From contig CAWIIB010000009.1 of the NCBI GenBank assembly GCA_963836075.1, positions 1,728,001 to 1,792,000 of the forward strand: DNA of 64,000 bases. Direction: 5' to 3'. Position numbers and translations under genes: made by a program. How positions within the stretch are numbered: the first letter of the stretch is position 1; the number at the start of each line of letters is the position of its first letter. Source of the DNA: an uncultured Acidobacteriota bacterium (GTDB taxonomy: Bacteria; Acidobacteriota; JAQAZP01). Positions 57,885 through 64,000 of this stretch are shown here, piece by piece. The notes below the pieces were generated by a model. That model saw nothing but the letters and a program-made list of their open reading frames with translations, ran no database searches and was not told the origin of the DNA.

Positions 57885-60365
57885 CTAGAAGCCTCCCCCC
57901 GCGACCTTGCCGCCGCCCATCAACATCAGGTCACCGTAAGCGTCGGCGTCGATCTCGGTGATGAGCTCCGCCATCCCTCCGTCGACGTTCCAGGCCCGCA
58001 CAACGGCACCAATGGTGGAGTCGGGACCAGGCATGGTCAGGATCTCGTCGAAGCCATCACCGTCCAGGTCGAGCCCCGCCACCCGCGCGCCGTAGAGGGC
58101 GCCGTCATAGGCGAAGAAATTGACACCGGACATCGCCTCCAGAGTGCCGCCGTCGTAATTCCAGCCGCGGATATGCGGACCGAAGATTTCCCCTGTACCC
58201 GGGCCGGTGAGAATCTCGTCGATCCCGTCACCGTCCAGGTCGGCGCAGCCCACGTTCAACCCCCACTTCAGTGTGCCGTAGGCGAAAGCGTTGATACCGG
58301 AGATGGGTGTGAGCGTGCCGCCGTCCACGTCCCAGCCGCGGACGTGGGGGCCGAAGACGGCTCCCGGTCCGGGACCGGTGATGATCTCGTCGAAGCCGTC
58401 GCCGTCCACGTCACCGCAGGCCACGTTGACGCCCCACTTCAGGGTGCCGTAAGCGAAGCCGTTGATACCGGAAATGGACATGGCCGTGCCGCCGTCAACA
58501 TCCCAGCCGCGGACGTGGGGGCCGAAGACGGCTCCCGGGCCGGCGCCGGTGATGATCTCGTCGTATCCGTCACCGTCAACGTCGCCGCAGGCCACGTTCA
58601 CTCCATACTTCAGCGTGCCGTAGGCGAAGAAATTTACCCCGTCCACCGGCGTGCCGTCGGTGCCAAAGGCGCGGACTTGGGGCCCGAAGACCGCCCCCGG
58701 GCCGGGACCGGTGACCACGGAATCGATGCCGTCGTCACCCAGAACACCGCAGGCGACATTGACGCCGTAATCTTCAGCGCCGTAAGCCGGCCACTCGCCG
58801 ATGAGGGCCAGGGAGTCGTTGGGATCCCAGACGCGCACCATCGTCGGATTGTCCGGCGCCGCACCGGGGCCGGTCACGATCAGCGGCATGGTTGGATCCG
58901 GTCCGCCGCCGGTGCTGCAATTGTAGATCTCGCAGGCCAGCGTGGCCCAGTCGCCGGTACCGTAAGTGACTCCGGTATTGCCCGGGCTGTAATAGACCTT
59001 GCGGTCCGCCCGCCAGGCCACGGCCAGGCTGTTGTCCGGGTTGCTGAACGTCCCGTCGGAGACCGCTCCGCTGATTGCCGTGCAAGCGTCGAAATAGTCG
59101 GAGGCGTAGGCGCCGACCCCCTCGTGCACGCAATCGGTACCATCCATGTTGTAGGCGCCACTCTGGTAGGCACTTGCGGTGATGGGGCAATAGGCCTCGG
59201 TCATGATCCTGCCTTCCAGCCAGTTGACCTGGGTGGTATGGAAGCACCACTGGCCCAGCACCACTACGCCACCGCCATCAACGTAGTCCGCGAGGTTGTC
59301 GCCGTAGGCGACGGCATCGGCGAAGGCATAGTTGCCCCAGACGATAACCATGTCATAGCCGGAGAGCGTGGCCAGGTCCGGCGTGGCACTGATCGCGTCG
59401 AAGTAGTCCACATCCACCCCGGTGCAGGCGGCAAGGTCGGCGCGGAAGGTCGCGTTGTCCGCTTCGGACGGAGCGTAGAGGATGGGCCCGCCGCCGGGTC
59501 CACCGTCATCGCAGAGGAACATCTGGCCGGACACCGCGGCCCAGTCTCCGGTGCCGTAGGTGACCCCGGTGTTGCCCGGGCTGTAATAGACCATGCGGTC
59601 CGCCCGCCAGGCCGCGGCCAGGCTGGTATCCGGATTGCTGAACGTCCCGTCGGAGACCGCTCCGCTGATTGCCGTGCAAGCGTCGAAATAGTCGGAGGCG
59701 TAGGCGCCGACCCCCTCGTGCACGCAATCGGTGCCGTCCATGTTGTAGGCGCCACTCTGGTAGGCACTTGCAGTGATGGGGCAATAGGCCTCGGTCATGA
59801 TCCTTCCTTCCAGCCAGTTGACCTGGGTGGTATGGAAGCACCACTGGCCGAGGACCACCTTGCCCCCGCCGTCAACGTAGTCCGCAAGGTTGTCGCCGTA
59901 GGCGACGGCGTCCAAAAAGGCATAGTTGCCCCAGACGATCACCATGTCGTAGCCGGAGAGCGTGGCCACGTCCGGGGTGGCCGCTCTCGGGTCGAAGTAG
60001 TCGACAGTCGCCCCGGTCCAGGTGGCAAGGTCAGCGCGGAAAGTCGAGTTGTCATTTTCGGACGGTGCGTAAAGGATCATCGGTCCGCCCCGGCCGTCAG
60101 GCGGGGTGAGGTCGTGGCCCTGGAAGACATAGGTCAGTGTTTCACCCGTGTTTCCCACCAGCGTCTTCGGCGTCAGGTCGACCACCGCTTGGGGGGTAAT
60201 CTCCTTCTCCTGGGCTGCGGGGATCCACACCTCACCCGTGTTCCCCACCTGCATCTGCGGCGTCGCCTTGTCGATGGTAGCGGCGGACACCGTGGCGGCC
60301 AGAACCGTAACGGCCAGGACCAGGATGCCGGCTACGGTGAGCAATCTGCGTGAGAAATGACTCAT
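57885..60365 (-). CDS. secreted protein with two tandem ~198-aa domains and module B
   Basis: Signal peptide; duplicated ILYAPSE.DN.TFRADLA...YDMVIVWGNYAF...DYVDGGG.VVLGQW domain; module B about 57885-58890; AAGGAG RBS. Confidence 0.85.
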   Translation of the reverse strand: MSHFSRRLLTVAGILVLAVTVLAATVSAATIDKATPQMQVGNTGEVWIPAAQEKEITPQAVVDLTPKTLVGNTGETLTYVFQGHDLTPPDGRGGPMILYAPSENDNSTFRADLATWTGATVDYFDPRAATPDVATLSGYDMVIVWGNYAFLDAVAYGDNLADYVDGGGKVVLGQWCFHTTQVNWLEGRIMTEAYCPITASAYQSGAYNMDGTDCVHEGVGAYASDYFDACTAISGAVSDGTFSNPDTSLAAAWRADRMVYYSPGNTGVTYGTGDWAAVSGQMFLCDDGGPGGGPILYAPSEADNATFRADLAACTGVDVDYFDAISATPDLATLSGYDMVIVWGNYAFADAVAYGDNLADYVDGGGVVVLGQWCFHTTQVNWLEGRIMTEAYCPITASAYQSGAYNMDGTDCVHEGVGAYASDYFDACTAISGAVSDGTFSNPDNSLAVAWRADRKVYYSPGNTGVTYGTGDWATLACEIYNCSTGGGPDPTMPLIVTGPGAAPDNPTMVRVWDPNDSLALIGEWPAYGAEDYGVNVACGVLGDDGIDSVVTGPGPGAVFGPQVRAFGTDGTPVDGVNFFAYGTLKYGVNVACGDVDGDGYDEIITGAGPGAVFGPHVRGWDVDGGTAMSISGINGFAYGTLKWGVNVACGDVDGDGFDEIITGPGPGAVFGPHVRGWDVDGGTLTPISGINAFAYGTLKWGLNVGCADLDGDGIDEILTGPGTGEIFGPHIRGWNYDGGTLEAMSGVNFFAYDGALYGARVAGLDLDGDGFDEILTMPGPDSTIGAVVRAWNVDGGMAELITEIDADAYGDLMLMGGGKVAGGGF
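58896..60083 (-). repeat. intragenic tandem duplication with 594-nt period
   Basis: 59041-59255 and 59635-59849 differ at 4 positions by manual comparison; flanks are more diverged. Confidence 0.9.
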
Positions 60366-60546
60366 CTTTACTCTCCTTTACTCTGGGTGCTTCATTGAGA
60401 AACGGTTGACACGCTGAGAGACAATTCCAACCCCCAACCATTCCACGGCAAAAGACAACCACTATTCCAACGCCAACGAAATCCTCACGGCCTCCACGGT
60501 CGTGAACACCTCCCGGAATGGCCATCGACTGCTCGCCAGTCCGGCT

Positions 60547-60562
60547 CGCACCGCCAATGCCA
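60547..60562 (-). promoter_or_regulatory. possible sigma-54 promoter
   Basis: Minus strand TGGCATTGGCGGTGCG (GG-N10-GC) about 180 nt upstream of ATG 60365, with an AT-rich region upstream. Confidence 0.4.
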
Positions 60563-61005
60563 TTACTTTCGCGACCGAACCAGAGCTCGATGCGATCGCA
60601 GATGTTGAAAAAAAGACGTGATGAGATTCAGATATTGCTTGAGATTATTATTACCTGCGCGTCCTGCGCACCATATACTTAAGATAAACTGCCCTCTGCC
60701 CGATCGTCAAGTCTATGTTTCAATTATTGAGCTTCCGGTGCTTTCTCCAATACGAAATTTGTTACGATTCTCCACAGGGCCGGCCGACTGCTGAAACGGT
60801 TTGACCCTGCCGGATCGCTCTTTACAGGGCACCATGCGCCGTTTTCAGCCCCGCAGCAGAGATTTGGTGACTATTGCCGGACGGGCGCGTGGTTGTCGCC
60901 CGGAAAGTAGTGTTAGAATCACCTTGTTGGCCTGCCGGACCGCTGAACCGTCCAGCCTGGAGGCCAAATCTCCACCGATCGGGTTTCCAGCGGCTGAAAT
61001 GGACA

Positions 61006-62364
61006 ATGAAAATACTTATCGTGCAAGCCGGGTTTGGCGGAATTGTCAGGCCGGTGATTGAACGCCTCAGAGAACGGGATGGAGCCGCCGGCATATACCT
61101 CTGCACGGCCTCGGGCGATTGGCGCTACAATTTTTCGGAGGAAGAGGGCCTCGCAGGCTTTCTCGATTTCAGCGCCCTGTCCACCCGCCAGTTGCTGCCC
61201 ACCATTCGACGGCTGCGCAACGAGCGCTTTGATCTGATCGTCGTTACCGACGCCCTGCTGGCTTCAAACCAGTTGGTGGCCAACATCTTCGCGTATTTCT
61301 GCCGCGGGCGGAGGGTGGAGCGTGTGGACAGCAGAACGGGTACGTTTCGCGTCATCGATCATTGGTCGGCATTCCGCAATCTGTTTCGCCGCCATTTCCT
61401 GGTCAAGTTCATCAACCAGTTCCTGGTCAGAGCCTCTCTGAGGCTGCGGCCGTCCCGAACCCTGGGGCAGCCGCTAAAACTTTTTCTCGAATCATGTTCC
61501 CTGTGCAATATCAGCTGTCCGGGGTGTCCGACAGGCCTGAAGAGCCTCTCCCGAAAGCAGGGACTGATGCCGCTGGAGAAGTACAAGGGGCTCCTGGATG
61601 ACTGCGGAAAGTACATCCAGGATATGAGGCTTCACCTCTTTGGCGAACCGCTGCTCAATGAGAACATCGCGGAAATGGTCGCCTACGCCAAAGGAAAAGA
61701 TATCCCGTTCATTGAGATCAGCACCAATGGAAATATCGCCGTTGATGACGAGTATTGCAAAACGTTGATCCGGTCCGGTCTCGACTCCCTGATCATCTCC
61801 ATGGATGGCGTTACCCCCGAGACATATTCGGTCTACCGCAGAGGGGGGAAGATCAGCAAGCTGATCCTGTTCACGGAAAAGATGGCCGCCATGAAGCGTG
61901 AACTGGGTGTTCTGCTACCGGTAATCGATGTGCAGTTTATCGTGATGAAGCACAACGAGCACGAGTTGGCCCAGGCCAGGGAACTGTCCGCCGCACTTGG
62001 TGCGGACAATCTGGTCACCCATTTTTTCGACGTCGGCTTCTGTCCGGAAGGCGTTGATGCGGCACAGTGGTTGCCGGAAAACAACAGCTACAGCCAGTAT
62101 ACGAACGATGATGACGGTTTGCGTGTCAAGGGTGAGAGGGCTGAAACCTGCAGTTCGTTGTGGGATACGTTGTATGTGACCTGGGAGGGCGACATCCTCC
62201 CCTGCTGCTATGATGGCCAGGCCAGGAATGTTCTGGGGAACCTGTTCACATCCGGCGTGCGGAGAACCTGGAACGGAGGCCGGATAAAGGCCTTTCGCAA
62301 ACAGGTCCTGAAAGACAGGAACAGCATCGAGCTTTGCCGGTCCTGCATTGCCCGCCCGCAGTGA
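61006..62364 (+). CDS. radical SAM protein with SPASM/twitch domain
   Basis: CNISCPGC (CxxxCxxC), FGEPLL, STNG, ISMDG, C...W.G.ILPCC.D...GN...C..C. Confidence 0.9.
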   Translation: MKILIVQAGFGGIVRPVIERLRERDGAAGIYLCTASGDWRYNFSEEEGLAGFLDFSALSTRQLLPTIRRLRNERFDLIVVTDALLASNQLVANIFAYFCRGRRVERVDSRTGTFRVIDHWSAFRNLFRRHFLVKFINQFLVRASLRLRPSRTLGQPLKLFLESCSLCNISCPGCPTGLKSLSRKQGLMPLEKYKGLLDDCGKYIQDMRLHLFGEPLLNENIAEMVAYAKGKDIPFIEISTNGNIAVDDEYCKTLIRSGLDSLIISMDGVTPETYSVYRRGGKISKLILFTEKMAAMKRELGVLLPVIDVQFIVMKHNEHELAQARELSAALGADNLVTHFFDVGFCPEGVDAAQWLPENNSYSQYTNDDDGLRVKGERAETCSSLWDTLYVTWEGDILPCCYDGQARNVLGNLFTSGVRRTWNGGRIKAFRKQVLKDRNSIELCRSCIARPQ

Positions 62365-63594
62365 CTACTGCTCCTCCGGGACTATTCCAAGCCACTGCAT
62401 GATCTTCGCCGCCCTGTCCCCCCAGCTGCAACTGCTGCGAACGTGATCGGAAACCGCGCGGTTGTCCTGGACCACTGCCCGGCGCAGCATCTGGTTGAAC
62501 TCGTGCCGGTTTTCGGCGATGTGACAGAATTGACCCACATCCTCAATACCGCTGGTTGAGGTCGCCACCACGGGCCGCCCCATTGACAGATATTCGTAGA
62601 TCTTCATCGGGCTGTTGTAGAGGGTGATTCTGTTTCTCCGGTGGGGCAGGATACCGGCATCGAAATGGTAGATATATCTCGGGACCTGGTCATACGGCCT
62701 GGGGCCGAGCCAATGAAGGTTCGGCGCTTCAAAATAGTCGATTTTCTCGATTGCGCCGATCATGACAAATGAGATCCCGGGGTTCTGCTGCACCAGGTAC
62801 TCCAGCAGCCCTGTATCCACGCGATTTTCAAACCGTCCCACATAGCCGGCAATCGGCCCTGGTATTGATGCGAGGTCTGCCGGCGGACCGAGCGCGGCCG
62901 CTCCGGCGGGGTCGAACAGATCGGGATCGACCCCGTTGGGTAGTTCCAGGATCCTTGATTGGTCAGCACCCAACTCGAGGAAAAACCTGGTCATCGGTGT
63001 CCCGTTGGAAATGATCCACACCCCCTCCCGTGCGATGCGGCGGTAACCGGCCAACATTGTATCGGGGCTCATCCAGGAACAGGCTTCACGGGTGATCAGC
63101 TCGCGGGCCATCTCGAGCCAGTTGTCTTCCGTGTCAAACACCTTGATCATTCTGGGGAACTGGTCGTACAAGCCAGCTTCAGCGGCATTGTACAACCAGA
63201 CGATTCCGGGATTTTCCGCTGTCAGCAGCCGGCCGGCACAGGATTTCAACCACGGGTGGAAACCGGCCGGTGTGCCTTTGTGCGCCCATGCGTTCAGGGG
63301 GTTGAGGACGCGCAGCCGGGCGTCCATGGCGGGTCGCCGGATGCCTGTTTGCGGATTGAGATACGGGGGAGTGCAGACGTTCAACAGTGCGTTTTTGAGC
63401 AGGGTCAGTGGTCTCTTGGGAAAGTAGTAGGGGTTTATATACACTATCCGCCCCACTGACTGGAAGGTGAGCAGGGCCTTGAGCAGTTGGCCGTTTCGGG
63501 TGGCGAAGCCGGAGGTGCAACAGGTCTGCCAGCCGTAGACCGACGCGATAACAACGTCGTAACCGGTGTTCTGTGGCAGAGTGTTCACGGTCAT
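62365..63594 (-). CDS. GT4 (TuaH-like) glycosyltransferase
   Basis: PNGVD, GYVG, LGPRPY, SPMKIYEYLSMGRPVVAT, SW..RA. Confidence 0.88.
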   Translation of the reverse strand: MTVNTLPQNTGYDVVIASVYGWQTCCTSGFATRNGQLLKALLTFQSVGRIVYINPYYFPKRPLTLLKNALLNVCTPPYLNPQTGIRRPAMDARLRVLNPLNAWAHKGTPAGFHPWLKSCAGRLLTAENPGIVWLYNAAEAGLYDQFPRMIKVFDTEDNWLEMARELITREACSWMSPDTMLAGYRRIAREGVWIISNGTPMTRFFLELGADQSRILELPNGVDPDLFDPAGAAALGPPADLASIPGPIAGYVGRFENRVDTGLLEYLVQQNPGISFVMIGAIEKIDYFEAPNLHWLGPRPYDQVPRYIYHFDAGILPHRRNRITLYNSPMKIYEYLSMGRPVVATSTSGIEDVGQFCHIAENRHEFNQMLRRAVVQDNRAVSDHVRSSCSWGDRAAKIMQWLGIVPEEQ

Positions 63595-64000
63595 TGTAAA
63601 TAGCCGATGGCCCGGAGCCGGGCCTGAATGTCGTCGCTGAGCCCGGAGCTGTTCCCCTCCAGGCTGCGCGCCAGCTGGTCAAGGGCCTCCACGATGGCCC
63701 TGGCCTTCTCCCCTCCGGGTGAGCCGGGAAGGGGCTGATTTTCCCCGGGGTCGGCAGCCAGGTCGTACCAGGTCTCACTCTCCTGAGAATCCATGATCTC
63801 GCGGATGCACTTCAGCTCCCCCTTCCGTGCGCTCAGGTGGCATGTCGGGCCGGGATAGAGATAGATCGAAGCCGCGGTGGATATGCGGTCGTCGAACCGC
63901 GGCTGCTCCTCCGGGCTCCGGATCAGCGGCCAGAGACTCCTGCCGGGCAGCCCCTCCAGCGGCAGGCCTGCGGCCTCCAGGACCGTCGGCGCCAGGTCCA
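63591..64000 (-). CDS. sulfatase family protein, C-terminal part (partial)
   Basis: Manual translation DLAPTVLEAAGL...GRSLWPLI...YDLAADPGE...RLRAIGYLQ. Confidence 0.82.
   Translation of the reverse strand, partial: DLAPTVLEAAGLPLEGLPGRSLWPLIRSPEEQPRFDDRISTAASIYLYPGPTCHLSARKGELKCIREIMDSQESETWYDLAADPGENQPLPGSPGGEKARAIVEALDQLARSLEGNSSGLSDDIQARLRAIGYLQ

Noticed and set aside
33626-58890. CRISPR array or DNA-level repeat family from recurring ggcccccacgtccgc / gacggcgacgg motifs
   Set aside because: The repeats are degenerate at third codon positions and encode propeller blades; there is no repeat-spacer structure and no cas gene.
58896-60083. Diversity-generating retroelement TR/VR pair
   Set aside because: Both copies are in-frame coding domains, the differences are largely synonymous and not adenine-specific, and there is no reverse transcriptase in the window.
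27135-60353. Long antisense ORFs (27135-29165, 29428-31638, 38287-40857, 57870-60353 and others)
   Set aside because: They are shadow ORFs of high-GC coding strands, lack recognisable motifs, and overlap well-supported genes.
61006-62364. Radical SAM/SPASM enzyme as the maturase of the 31758 peptide
   Set aside because: It lies 29 kb away, has no evident RRE domain, and sits in a glycosylation context; the link is unsupported.

Overview
GC-rich bacterial chromosomal window. The gene repertoire (carboxypeptidase-regulatory-domain TonB receptor, Ser/Thr kinase-TolB-TPR, GT39-TPR, PadR pair) suggests an Acidobacteriota-like anaerobe, but the taxonomy is inference only. No rRNA, tRNA, CRISPR or transposase was seen. 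The window is dominated by large signal-peptide proteins that end in one of two conserved, mutually exclusive C-terminal modules: a ~120-aa Ig-like 'RAGYT...LPAL..LVG.N...EDVT..P.NQPPYPPSG' domain (3 genes) or a 6-repeat FG-GAP-like 'GPGPGAVFGPHVR...AYGT.KYGVNV.CGD.DGDG' propeller (5 genes). These modules sit on unrelated cargoes (S8, M1, M14 and Ntn/C45-like hydrolases, alpha/beta hydrolase, beta-helix proteins). The best single find is one of these genes (49770-51785), which the ORF track splits in two: it has an in-frame TGA in a C-P-G-U (CxxU) motif followed directly by a SECIS-like hairpin, so it is a candidate secreted beta-helix selenoprotein. Also present are an orphan RiPP-precursor-like peptide, a Clp-type AAA+ ATPase fused to a GGQ-less release-factor-like domain, and an Lgt paralogue beside an atypical lipoprotein-like gene. 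About 8 frameshifts, mostly single-base changes in short homopolymers, probably reflect long-read errors.
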